Positions 48,800 to 60,695 of a DNA stretch of 64,000 bases are shown here, one piece after another. The notes beneath the pieces are model-generated. The model searched no databases and was not told the DNA's origin. It was given only the letters and a program-made list of their open reading frames with translations. The DNA comes from Camelus ferus (Eukaryota): the NCBI RefSeq assembly GCF_009834535.1, contig NC_045724.1:16306001-16370000 (forward strand), written 5' to 3'. Position numbers and translations under genes: made by a program. How positions within the stretch are numbered: position 1 is the first letter of the stretch; every line of letters begins with the position of its first letter.

Positions 48800-49620
48800 A
48801 GCGCCCGGGATCAAGACCGAGAAGCCAAGCTAGCTCCTCGGGCCACGATGAGAGAGAGCTGATCCACTACGCAGAATATCGAGCATCTTGCGCCCTTCAG
48901 CTGGCTCGAGGCAGGAAGCAGGAGCCGGAATCTGGGCCGGGAGGAAAGAAGGGAGGGTCTAGGACTGAACCTGGATTGTGGATGCATGAGGTAAGGGTCT
49001 CTCCCTGCGACCCGCCCCCGGGGTCCTCCCTTCCTACTCAGACTGGACCCCAATCGGGCCAGTGATACCCCGACTTCTCCTCTGCTTTCCTACCCACAAA
49101 CCTCCCGATGTCACTCCTCACCCGGCTCCAGATCCAGGTTCGACTTCGTTCCTAGCGTCAACGATCCAGGCTCCACTTCCGGTTCCGAGGGGGCCGGCGC
49201 GTCGCCCCCGGAAGTTCCTCCCCCACGCTCCAGATCCACTCCTTCTGCCACGTCTGCAGTAGGGACACGCTGAGGAAACTGGGTGCCGCGCATGCGCTAT
49301 TTTTCTCACCCATTATGGCCGCCCACGGGAGGCTCCGTAGGTTCTTATGCATTTCCGCTTTTTTTTCCCCCAGATGTCCCAGTAACGTTGTGGTCCCATC
49401 AGCTGAGATGCGACTGAGACGCCTAGGTCACACTATCTTTGATAACGCCCCTTCACTCCGCCTATGACATATTAGAGATCTGATATGGAGTCTTTTAGCG
49501 ACTTCCTGCTGACCCTTGGACCCATTGATTTCCGTCTTCGAGGTGGTTCTCACCCGTGACCTTTACTGGTCATGAGATTGGCGGAACGCATGATGTTAAA
49601 GGGGACTAATTCTGTTTTCG
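48800..49620 (-). promoter_or_regulatory. SEC24C: SEC24C CpG-island promoter with ETS, NRF1 and bZIP-like motifs
   Basis: CACTTCCGG 49174-49182, CCGGAAGT 49208-49215, TGCCACGTC 49246-49254, GCGCATGCGC 49288-49297. Confidence 0.75.
49122..49190 (-). other. SEC24C: SEC24C non-coding first exon (5' end approximate)
   Basis: Donor GCCGG|GTGAGG at 49122/49121 inside a CpG island. Exon 2 acceptor is at 47339, 28 nt before the ATG. Confidence 0.6.
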
Positions 49621-49637
49621 CGCTTCGTGTGTTCAAG

Positions 49638-49810
49638 TTCTGGCTCTGCAGCTCCCTAGCTTGGGCAACTTAATCTATACCTCGGTTTCTGTCATCTGTA
49701 AAATGAAGGGAATACGAATGCCTTTCTAGTGGCTTGTTGAGAAGATGGAATTAGGTCACACAGATTGCCTGGCACCATAGTAACTGCTCAGTAAAGGTCA
49801 GCTGTTATTA
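49638..49810 (+). mobile_element. MIR
   Basis: CCTCGGTTTCTGTCATCTGTAAAATG...GCCTGGCACCATAGTAACTGCTCAGTAAA. Confidence 0.75.
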
Positions 49811-50649
49811 GTTAACCATTTTTATACAAAGCCTTTGTTTAGATGCAGAGCTCTGCCAGAGCCTGATGATCTCTGCTCTCTGAATGTCCCCAGTCTGTTG
49901 GAAAAGCCACAGTCCCTGGAGTAATTATTACCCCATTTAATGAATAACAATAATTGTAGAGACTATTTGTAGAATTTTTAAAAATATGCATAAGCCCCAC
50001 TTAATCTTTTCAATATTTTTTTAATTTAATAATTATTTTTTAAGCACTACTGTGTAGCAAGCCATATTCCTGGTTCTGGGAATACAGTAGTGAACAAAAG
50101 AAAAGTTTTTGGCCAATTTAAATAACCGATTGTTTTGCAATTATTTACACAAATGGTAAAGCTATAAAGAAAAACAAAGTAACAAAATTCAGGCTGTTGG
50201 TTACAGGGCAGGGTCGGGAGTATAATTGGGAGGAATGTACTCGAGCTTCAATATTAACTTCTATTTTTTAATATTCACACTATTCACATGGATTTGCATG
50301 GATATTCACTGTTATTTTCAAGTAGTTCATATGTATTATGTACAAGTTGCTTCAAAATGAAATTTTTTTTAGAGAAATGGGCAAAAAGCACTGGTGGATA
50401 GGAAGCATCAGATTGGTTAATCCTTCATTTCAAAGGAAAAAAATTATTAAATGGAGAATTTTATGACTCACGGGGGGGGAGTTCTTACTCTCATATTGTT
50501 CACAGTCAATATTAGTTATTCTGAGGCACAAGTGGTTCATTCATTGAAAAAAATGCACTTCTAGTCTGTGCTAAAAACTATATTAGGCATTGAGCATGTT
50601 TTAGTAAATAGACAAATTGTCCTTGTCCTCAGGTGTTTGTAGTGGAGGT

Positions 50650-50842
50650 CAATGTTTCTCAAACTGTGATCCTGGGATCAGCAGTATTATGATCACCTGA
50701 GAACCTGTTAGAACTACAAATTTCAGACCCACCTTAGACATACAAAGTCAGAAGTTCTGGAGGTGGGACCCAGCAAGCTATGGTTTAATAGGCCCTCCAG
50801 ATAATTCCATTGCATGCTGAAGACTGAGACTCATTACTCTAG
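50650..50842. mobile_element. hAT-Charlie MITE, MER5A-like
   Basis: TTTCTCAAACTGTGATCCTGGGATCAGCAG...TCAGAAGTTCTGGAGGTGGGACCCAGCAA...CCCTCCAGATAATTC...TGAGACTCA. Confidence 0.75.
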
Positions 50843-51069
50843 ATTAGTAATTTGCCAAATTCAGCTAATATTTGTTGAGCAGCTGCCTTAGGCTAGGCCC
50901 TCTGCTAAGCACTTTCACATAATTTATCCCATTTAACTCATATCAGCACAGGAAACTGGGTATCCTCTGTCTTCCTTAAGGTTGCACTCCTAGTAAGTGG
51001 TAGAGTTCCGATTCACAGTTCCTTTAGAGACTGATATGTTGCATTTTATTGGTTTCTATATCCCTACTC

Positions 51070-51180
51070 TGATTCTCAATCTGGGCTGCACATTAGAATT
51101 TTTTGCAGTGCTTTTTAAAATGGCAATATCAGCTACTAGGCCAGTAAAATCAGAATCCCTAAGGCTGAGGGGCCTGAGAA

Positions 51181-51218
<38 letters not shown>

Positions 51219-51320
51219 TTCATTACACATCTTCTAATCCTATACACAGTTTTATTTTAGGGAACCGGTAGCTGCAAAAGTTTTCCAGGTAATTCCAATG
51301 TGGACTCAGAGTTAATTGAA
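51070..51320. mobile_element. MER5-like MITE interrupted by a (TG)n(TA)n microsatellite at 51181-51216
   Basis: TTCTCAATCTGGGCTGCACATTAGAAT...AAATCAGAATCCCT...TTTTCCAGGTAATTCCAATGTG. Confidence 0.6.
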
Positions 51321-51479
51321 AGCCACTGATAAAACACAATGGCTTACCTGTAGCTAGCACTCGGTAGATGTTTGAATAGGAAAGGAATGGACATTTAGAT
51401 ACTGTGTGTACTGATGAGGTCAAGTAACTGCCCATGGTGACACAGCTAATAAATGACAGAGTAAGAATACAAGTCCAAG

Positions 51480-51620
51480 GTGGAGCATATAGCTCAGTGG
51501 TAGACTGTGTGCCTAGCATGCATGAGGCCCTGGGTTCAATCCCCAGTACCTCCATTTAAAATAATAAATGAATGAATAAATAAACAAACCTGATTACTTC
51601 CCCCTATGGGAAAAAAACAG
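51480..51620 (+). mobile_element. tRNA-derived SINE, second Vic-1-like copy
   Basis: TAGCTCAGTGGTAGAC...GGGTTCAATCCCCAGTACCTCCA plus A-rich tail; clearly homologous to the 33334 copy. Confidence 0.8.
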
Positions 51621-52527
51621 TTCTGATTTTAAATTCCAAGTGCTTTCTATGACTACATCATACATCAAGGCAAACAGCATTTAGCATGCTAGCAGAACAG
51701 CTATTCCTAGAGAGTCTGAAGCCTTTAATAATTACAGCACCATAACATTATGTTTTATAAAAGAAAGAGATCTCTTAACATAGGGCATATTCATGTACTG
51801 GAAACCTAAAAATGAAGACTATTCTATTATTAACATGGGTTAGCATGTTTATGCACACCTATCTGTACCCCCTTTTCCACAACCAACTATGTATTGGAAG
51901 AGGTACTTTATTTCAGAAAACATTTATTGAGCATCTGTTAAATCAGTCATTGCTCTGTGGGCTGTTGATTGGCTGTTGCACACAGTCCTTGCCTTCAAGT
52001 TTCTCACAATCTAGGAGGGAGACAGGCCTATAAACAAACTGCAATATTGGCTGAAAAATACCACAACAGAAATATGAACAAGATACAAATTTTGCCCAGA
52101 GGAAGGAAGGATTAATTCTATAGGTAGGGAGTCAGGAGATGGGCAGGAAAGTCTCTATGAAACAGGCAACAGTTCCACTGGAGTGGGGCTGATCAGAATT
52201 CCTTTACTTTGCACCCAGCACTGCAGTGGGTAGAGATCACCATTTTGATTAACAGGTTAATACAGCAAGGGGGCAGTCTTTTCTGGGAAGGTTGCAAACT
52301 CCTGGGACAAACACAGCCCCTCCTTAGTCTGGAATTGAAGCCCCTGATGCTGTCACTTTGAAATGAGCTTTGGAGAAAAGCAATTGGGATTAGTCCATGA
52401 TCCTGTCAGGGAAGGCACAGTCCCTGAGAGGATGTACATCAGTTATAGAGCCCACAGAGCTAACACTCTTGAGTCCTGAGTAAAAGGCCCATGCGGGAGA
52501 ATGCGGGACAGGCGAGGGCAGTTTTCA

Positions 52528-52594
52528 CTATAATTAGCTCTGGGAGTAATACAGCTGGGGGAGGGAAGGGAGTACAGCCGGTAACTATTTTGAG
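52528..52594 (+). promoter_or_regulatory. SYNPO2L: MEF2-type sites upstream of the SYNPO2L long-isoform start
   Basis: CTATAATTAG at 52528-52537 fits YTA(W)4TAR exactly. CTATTTTGAG at 52585-52594 is a degenerate second site. Confidence 0.5.
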
Positions 52595-52795
52595 CACAGC
52601 TCCGATTGACAGGACACGTGTGCTGGACTGTACTGATCCCAGGGCCAAACTGCCTGCCTGTGGTGTGTGGTGTGGGGGGGAAGGTCTGGGGCAGCAGAAG
52701 CAGGACAGCCAGACAGGCCGGACGGGGTACCAGCGCCTCGACTTCTCTCCCTGGGACACTATCCAAACTCCGAGGGCCATAGGCCAAGCTGAGTG

Positions 52796-55700
52796 ATGGG
52801 TGCTGAGGAGGAGGTGCTGGTCACACTGTCAGGGGGAGCCCCCTGGGGCTTTCGACTTCAGGGGGGGGCCGAGCAGAGGAAGCCCTTACAGGTGTCCAAG
52901 GTAAGGGAGAGACCCTGTATTGAGGTTTCAGGGAAAGGGTAACCCAAGGGAACTCGGGAAGTGTTACATGGTGGCTTCTGGGGGAGAAGCGGGAGGCTGT
53001 GATGAAGTGGAGTTGGGTGGCAGGTGGTCAGGGAAGCATGCTCAAGTCTGATGGGGGGAATAGAGTCTAAGCACAGGCTTCTTGGTGTGGGAAGGCAGGG
53101 GGTGGGGGAGCTATTAGAAAAGGGAATTCCTGGTTTCTGTGAGCAGATAAAAAGTAAGACTGCCTCAGTTCCCTGTGGCACCACTGGAGCAGTCCCATGG
53201 CTGGCCACAGAGTCTTTGCTCTCTTGGGTCTGTCTGTGCCTCTGCTCCAAACTCCAGGAATGTAGGGAAGGTTCTAATTTCTCTCTAACTAAACTGCTAT
53301 GTGATGAGCTGAGGCTGTCTTGCCCTGCCCAGCCCAGCCCAGCCCAGCCCAGCCCTGCCCTGCCCTGCCCTGCCCATGCTTTCAGTCCTCCTCTTTCCCG
53401 GTGCCAGATCCCTTTTCTCACTAGACAAGACATTTTTAGGTGCTAAGAGGGTTATGGCAAGATCTGACCTGTCAGATGAAGTTGTTACCCTTTTGGTTTC
53501 ACAGCACAGGCGTAGTTTTCCCAACTGTAAAATGTAGGTAAAAAATAGTACCTACTTCATAGATAAACTAAGTTCTAAGGATTAAATTCAATAATACATG
53601 TAGAGTGCTTAGCACTGTGACTAACATTTAGTAAGTACTCAATAAATGATAGCCACTACTACTACTAGTACTTTAACTTATGTACATGTGTGTACACACA
53701 TGTCACACATATACACACACAGTCCCAATCTCCCAGAATCTGCTGGACTCCTCCAATCTGGAATACTGTTCTAAATCTTGACGCTGTAGATAATGGTGCC
53801 TAGGATTCCAAGGCCTAGCAGAGAACTATTGGCTAGTATAGATAATGCTAATGCCCTTGGAGGAAAATCTTGAGGGGATAAGACCACCGTTTCTAGTATG
53901 TACCCCCTGCTGTTTTCCTCAAGCCTCTTTCATTCAGTGCTTACCCTACCTCCCTTCATGTGATGTATTATTTCCTCCCATCTACACCTTCTTCCCTCTA
54001 GATTGGTTCCCTTAACTGCAGCCCCTTGCCCTCTCTCCACCCTTTCTTAGCCTGTAAAATAAAAATCCCTTCCATACATGGGTCCTTCCTGTCCTAACCC
54101 CTTTCATTCTGTTCCCCCTTGGAGTCCTCCCTCACCTATGGTCTCTCCTCCAACACCTTCTCAGATCCGAAGACGGAGCCAGGCTGGCAGAGCAGGACTC
54201 CGAGAGAAGGACCAGCTTTTGGCCATCAATGGGGTCTCCTGTACCAGCCTCTCTCATGCCAGTGCCATGAGCCTCATCGATGCCTCAGGGAATCAGCTTG
54301 TCCTCACCGTGCACCGGTATAGACCTCTCCCACCCTAGCCTACCTGCCTACCCCTAGTCCAGGGATTCCATCGCCTGCCTCAGCTCTATGCCTCACTGGC
54401 CTGATTTCAGCTACTAACAAGTACCCATTGCTGCTTGGAGTACAGATGTTTGGGCATGCCTCCTTGAATGTATCTGCAGTTAAGGGATGGATGTGTCACG
54501 TGGGTATTTGGGTGTGGGGGCCTACTTTGACCCCTTGCCTGTTTCTTTATCATCATATCTCTCTCTCTAAGCCCATTTCCACTCAAAGCCTGCTAAGCAT
54601 ATTTGCCTCCCAGTCTGTCTTCAGATCTCCATTCTTCCCAGCCCATCCATTCCACCCATATGCTAGTCTCCCCTTTCTCCTTACATCCCTCTCCCATCCC
54701 CTCCAGATCTCTGTAGCTGTCTGTCATCCAGCTCGTTTCTCAAGTTCTGTCATCTTTCCCATCCAGGGTAGAGGACGAGGGGCCTGTGAGATCTCCATCC
54801 CCTGGTGAGCGTCAGGCACTGTCACCCTTATCTCCTCTGAGTCCTGAGCCCCCTGGTGCTCCAGTTCCCCAGCCTCTTCAGCCCGGAAGCCTGCTCTCAC
54901 CCCCTGACAGTGAGGCTTACTATGGAGAGACAGACAGTGATGCTGATGGCCCAGCCACCCAGGAAAAGCCTCGCCGACCCCGTCGCCGAGGCCCCACAAG
55001 GCCCACCCCTCCAGGAGCCCCACCTGATGAGGTCTACCTGTCTGACAGCCCTGCGGAGCCAGCACCTGCTGTCCTTGGCCCTCCCAGCCAGGGTGACAGC
55101 CGCGTGAGCTCCCCATCTTGGGAGGACGGGACGACTATTCAGCCATCCCCAGCTGAGGCCCTGCTGTTGCCACGTGGTCCCCTCCGGCCTGGCCCCAATC
55201 TCATCCCTATGGTGGGGCCTGTTCCCCACCCGGTGGCAGAAGATCTTACTACCACTTATGCCCAGAAGGCCAAACAAGCCAGTGAGTTCCTGAACTCCTT
55301 TTCCTTAGTCAGGATCATTCAATCTGAGCCTTATAACCTGATCTGAGCCTCCATAACCATACATTCTGCCTACCTGTTGCTTCCCTTAGATTGTAGTCTT
55401 GGGGACAGGTGGAGAAGAGTAATGAATAGGTGGGGAAAATAATAATTTTCCGGGTCCCCATTATTTTTGCTGTTTGAACTTGCATGGCAAAAAGGTACAG
55501 GTGGTTCAACCCAACCCAGGAGCAGGATAAGTAGGGAAAACAGAAAGGCACATGAACCGATGAAGGGCTTGTTTGTTGTTGTTACTATTTTGCTAGCTGT
55601 CAGATGGGGTGAGGGCAGAGTGCAGACATGGGGCAGGACAGGGATACAGGGACACCCTTCAGTGTCAATTGTAGGCATAGCATCAGAGGTGCCTTTGGCA

Positions 55701-58700
55701 TTGTAAGTTCCATTAGAATTGCTGGGTACTGGGAGGCTATGGGATAGTCACGAGAGCCCTAGGAAGTGGTAGAGGGAGGGAACCTGGACTCCTTATCTTG
55801 GGCGAGAATGTAGGCCTGGGCAGTTCCACTTATCTCAGGCACTTTTCTATTTTTGATGTGAACTACAGGACAAGGTCTAAGAGCGAACTTTCTCCCTGTC
55901 CTAGGCCTCCCATGTCCCTCCCCTAGAAACCTGTCTTGTCACCTTGGAAATCTCAAGATTACCCCTCTAGTTCTCATGTCTCATTCCTCCTCACCACCAT
56001 TCTGATTCCTAATCCATAGAATTTTGTGTCTCTAAGCCTAGAATAGGGGCTAAGGACATGACAGTTTACAGTCTGATATCCCTGAGAGTGTCCAATGTCC
56101 CACAAAGAAATTCCAGATGCATGCCCAGGATCCCACGCTTAATCCCAATTCTCATTTTAGCACCCTCTCCCTTCCCCATCATAATAATTGAGACTGTAGT
56201 TAGTGGCTCAGGGATATTTTTAGCCAAGCAGACATCATTGTCCAGTGGGGTGGTGGTTAGGGGGAGGGGAGGCAGGTGCCCATGTCCATCACACCGGGGC
56301 TTGTGGGGCAGCTGAGAGATGGGAGGGGGCCAGACTCCAAAAATAGCACAGTGAGCTCATTCAGCTGCCAGCTCTGGGGACAAGACAAAGGGGCTTTAAA
56401 AGGCATGAGGGTGGCTCAAGCTGGTCCTGCTCCAGCTAACACTGCCTTTCTCGGCATGGAGACTTTTGAGCCCATCAGCCAAGAGCCCCTCAGCCAAGCC
56501 AGCTGCGACAAAGCCCCAAGCCCAGTTCCTGAGCTCCAGGACCCCTTCTATGCAGGTACTACCCTCCCATGGCCAAGAGGGTTCTGGGATCTCGAATGGA
56601 GGGCAATACATCAACAGTGTAGGAAGGGAGGTCTTTGGGAAAAGTCTTACTCCATCATCCTCTCCTCCTTTTTGCCTTTCTCTTCCTTCTTTTCTCAGGA
56701 GTTTCACTGCCCTTTTCTCAGAATGGGCTGATGCCATGGCCACATGTCAGAGGGGTCTGTAACCACATGAGCTGTGGAAAATTCATGGAGAGAGAGAGTG
56801 TGTGTGTGTGAGAGAGAGGGAAGTGTCAGTAATCTATGAATACATGAAAGTATGTGGGAGTCTGTGGGAGATGTGAACAGCAAAGTGTATACACATGCAG
56901 CTAGTGTCAAGAAAGCTTTGATAGTAACGATTACTCACAGTGGGCCTTAGGGCTGCCGTTAAATGCTAAAATTACCTACATTATCTCACTCAATCCTCAT
57001 AGCAACCCTATGAGGTAGCCATTATCATCCTCCTTTACAGATGAGGAAACTGAACTTCAGTGAGATGAAGTAACTCTCCCAAGAACCAAAAATCTGAACT
57101 GAACTATGACTCCAGTGTCTCTCATCCACAGCACTACTGTGTGGTATCAATACTGGAATGGGTGGAATGAGAGCCCTAATTAGAAAGGAGCTTGGTATCT
57201 CGAGTGGAAAGTAGATGGAATTTCAAGAATTTTTCAGGAGGAACTGGGGATCATGGATCAGAGAGTATGTGTGTCCAAGTCAGGGTCCTAGCAGCAGGGC
57301 AGCCTCTCCCATTTCCTGGCCCCACCTCCCTGGCCCCACATGGCATAGGAAGCCCTGTCCTGGCTCCCCTGAGCACACAGTTCTTGCATGCCAGCCTGGT
57401 AGTGACTGCCTGAGCTTTCCACCTGGAAGGCTTGGAAAATAGGGGGCAGCTCTTATTGTCAAAGCAGCCCACTCAACTCCCACTCCCAGCTTGTGGGAAA
57501 GGAGACTACATCTAGCTAGTGACCTTGGGATATCCTAAAGATCTGGAAGGTTACCTTGGAGACACTCTGGCTTTTCCTGCATCTCGGATCTGAGGCTGTC
57601 CCTGGCTGTGAGTAGCAGGGGTGTGAGGCACATAGGAGTGCCTTGGAATTTAGAAAGCCAATATCACCTCTAAAATTTTGTCCAAACTGTTAGTAATGAG
57701 GACTCTGCTAGGGTAATTCTGGGAAGGAAAGTCTCCTAGAGTGTGCATGTGTGTTTTTGTGTGGGCTTATGAGTATTTACACACATGTATGTGAACTGAG
57801 GTATATATAAAGTATATGGGAATGAGAGAAAAATACATATGAGAAAATATGTCCACAGTTGGCTTTCACTAGAACCATATTCTTGTTGAAATGATGTGTA
57901 GTGGGAGTTGTGTCTATGAATGTATATGATGTATATATTACATGATGGTGGCAGAATTATGAATGAAGATGCTCATTGCTAAGGATCCTTTGTGTCCTTA
58001 TCATAGGGTAAGGGGTTGGAAGACAAGATAAGTCCCAAACTTTCTGAGAAGCACCCATAGTCTCTGTGGTGGGAGAAAGGAGTCCCTTCTTACCTGGGGA
58101 CCTGCTTCATGTCCGTGCCTGCCATGGGAAGTGAACCCCCCTCCACCACACCACCACATTGCCAGCCAGGAATGGAGGGAAGCAGGGGAGGCATGTGTGT
58201 GGTGTGGGTTAGAGCACATCTCCAGAAGGAAAGGAGTCGAGTGGAGGGAAGAGAGGACAGGAGGAAAGCTGTGGTCAGAGTCGTGTCAGGGCAGCTAATA
58301 GACTCTGCCTTCCCTTCAACTGTCCTTGGTTTCACCTTTCACGTCCACTCTGCCCCCAAGTTAGAGGACTTTGCCACAGGCAGGGGACCTTGTGGGTCAG
58401 GCCAGTGAAAAAAATCAGAGGTGGGAGGCCTGAGGGAGCTGTCTGGGGGAGGGGGTGGGTAAAAGCCTTGGGGAATAGGGCTGGAAGATGCTCCCTAACC
58501 ATTCTCCCTCCTCTCTGCAGAACTGCAACGGGCAGAGAGCCTCCAAGAGAGGAGCGTGAAGGAGGCCAAGACGAAATGTCGGACAATTGCATCCCTGCTA
58601 ACCGCAGCCCCCAACCCCCACTCCAAGGGGGTGCTGATGTTTAAGAAACGTCGGCAGAGAGCCAAGAAGTACACCCTAGTGAGCTTTGGGGCTGCGGCTG

Positions 58701-60695
58701 GGACAGGCGCTGAAGAGGAAGAGGACGGTGTCCCTCCGACTAGTGAGTCTGAGCTGGACGAGGAGGCCTTCTCAGACGCTCGCAGCCTCACCAACCAGCC
58801 CGACTGGGACAGCCCCTACCTGGACATGGAGCTGGCAAGGCCAGGCTCAAAAGCGGCAGAGGGCCAGGGCCCGGGGCTGGGAGGGCAGCTGACTGAGGCC
58901 TCTGGGCGAGGGGCCCAACTCTTTGAACAGCAGCGCCAGCGCGCAGCCTCCAGCACCCTGGAGCTGTCCCGGGATGGTCCAGCAGCCATGCTCAACGGGC
59001 AGGGCCTGCAGTCACCACCTCGGGCACAAAGTGCTCCCCCGGAGGCGGCTATGCTCCCCCCCAGCCCTTCGCCGGCCCCTGTAGCCAGCCCCAGACCTTT
59101 CCTTCCTGGCGGTGGAGCCTCTACCCCAGCCCCAAGCATCTTTAACCGGTCAGCCAGGCCCTTTACCCCGGGCTTACAAGGCCAGCAGCGGCCAGGTACC
59201 ACCTCGGTTATTTTCCGACCCCTAGCTCCCAAGAGGGCAAATGAAAGCCTGGGAGGCCTGAGCCCCGCCCCACCGCCTTTCCAGTTCTCTCAGCAGGGGA
59301 CCACTCCTCTGCCCAGCTTCACGTCAGGGGTTCCCAGCCACGTGCCAGCCTCGGGTTCCCGCAGCACTTCACGCTCCTCGGGCTCCGTGACGGCCACCAG
59401 CTCCCTATACATCCCAGCCCCCAATCGTCCCGTGACGCCAGGCGGAGCCCCAGAGCCCCCCGCCCTCTCTAGCGGAGCTGCCAAGACCTCCACCGCTTCT
59501 ATCTTCCTGTCCGCGCCTCTGCGACCCGCTGCGCGCCCTGAGGACGCCCGCCCCTGGCCCCGCGGCCCCTGAGCCCCCCAGCGCTCGGGAGCAGCGCATC
59601 TCTGTGCCAGCTGCTCGCACCGGCATCCTCCAGGAGGCCCGGCGTCGGGGGACCCGGAAGCAGATGTTTCGGCCTGGAAATGAGGAGACGAAGAACTCGC
59701 CCAACCCAGAGCTGCTATCGTTGGTGCAGAACCTGGATGAAAAACCCCGGGCTGCGGGCGCTGAATCTGGTCCAGAGGAGGATGCTCTGAGCCTCGGGGC
59801 TGAAGCCTGCAACTTCATGCAGCCACCAGGGGGCAGGAGTTACAAGACGTTGCCTCACGTGACACCTAAAACCCCGCCTCCAATTGCACCCAAGACCCCA
59901 CCCCCTATGACTCCTAAGACTCCACCCCCAGTGGCTCCTAAGCCCCCATCTCGAGGGTTCCTCGATGGGCTAGTGAATGGGGCTGCCCCTTCAGCTGGAA
60001 TCCCTGAACCACCAAGGCTTCAGGGCAGGGGTGGGGAGCTGTTTGCCAAGCGGCAGAGCCGAGCAGACAGGTATGTGGTGGAAGCTACACCTGGTCCTGG
60101 CCTTGGCCTTGGGCCCAGAAGCCCTTCTCCTACCCCCTCATTGCCCTCTTCCTGGAAATATTCACCCAACATCCGTGCCCCACCTCCTATTGCTTACAAC
60201 CCACTGCTCTCACCCTTTTTCCCCCAAGCTGCCCGAACTCTCCCTAATAAAGCCCAATCCCAAGGGCCTAGGGCAACCCCCAAGCAGGGCATCAAGGCTC
60301 TGGATTTCATGCGGCACCAGCCCTACCAACTTAAAACTGCCATGTTCTGTTTTGATGAGGTTCCCCAGACTCCTGGACCCACCTCCTCAGGGCCTCCCAA
60401 AACTGCCCGAGTCCAGGAGATCCGCCGATTTTCCACTCCAGCACCCCAGCCCACTGCAGAACCCCTGGCCCCCACTGTGCTTGCCCCCCGAGCAGCCACT
60501 ACATTGGATGAGCCTATCTGGAGGGCAGAGCTGGCATCAGCCCCTGTCCTTAGCCCAGCCCCTCCTCTGGAGTCTCCCAGGGGTCTTGGTACCTCTCCCA
60601 GCTCCTGTGGCTTCCAGGTAGCCAGGCCCCGGTTCTCAGCTACCAGAACAGGATTGCAGGCTCATGTATGGAGGCCTGGGGCAGGTCACCACTGA
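52796..60695 (+). CDS. SYNPO2L: Synaptopodin 2-like (CHAP), long PDZ-containing isoform; apparent +1 frameshift at 59543-59544
   Basis: Exons 52796-52900 (MGAEEEVLVTLSGGAPWGFRLQGG, PDZ), 54165-54316, 54767-55281 and 58521-60695, phases 0/2/1 compatible. The last exon has KCRTIASLLT, GVLMFKKRRQRAKKY and ends HVWRPGAGHH-TGA. As written, the frame stops at TGA 59570-59572 and resumes in the +1 frame (about 981 aa if corrected, 607 aa as written). Confidence 0.95.
53321..53375. repeat. Pentamer microsatellite (TGCCC)2(AGCCC)5(TGCCC)4
   Basis: Read directly: 11 units in SYNPO2L intron 1. Confidence 0.95.
53510..53655 (+). mobile_element. MIR
   Basis: GTTTTCCCAACTGTAAAATG...AGTACCTACTTCATAG...AGTGCTTAGCAC...CTCAATAAATGATAGC. 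Confidence 0.75.
56214..56401 (+). promoter_or_regulatory. SYNPO2L: Internal muscle-type promoter for the short SYNPO2L isoform
   Basis: ATATTTTTAG 56214-56223, E-boxes CAGGTG 56273-56278, CAGCTG 56309-56314 and 56362-56367, CCAAAAATAG 56337-56346, TATA-like TTTAAAA 56395-56401, ATG at 56456. Confidence 0.6.
56456..56555 (+). CDS. SYNPO2L: SYNPO2L alternative first coding exon (short, PDZ-less CHAPb-type isoform)
   Basis: GGCATGG start, METFEPISQEPLSQASCDKAPSPVPELQDPFYA, donor G|GTAC at 56555. The 100-nt length gives phase 1, matching the last-exon acceptor at 58521. Confidence 0.85.
56975..57115 (-). mobile_element. MIR
   Basis: AATCCTCATAGCAACCCTATGAGGTAG...TTTACAGATGAGGAAACTGA. Confidence 0.8.

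Noticed and set aside
48988-48996. Consensus + strand donor GAG|GTAAGG antisense to SEC24C
   Set aside because: No upstream acceptor, start signal or partner exon identified; an isolated 9-mer is weak evidence.
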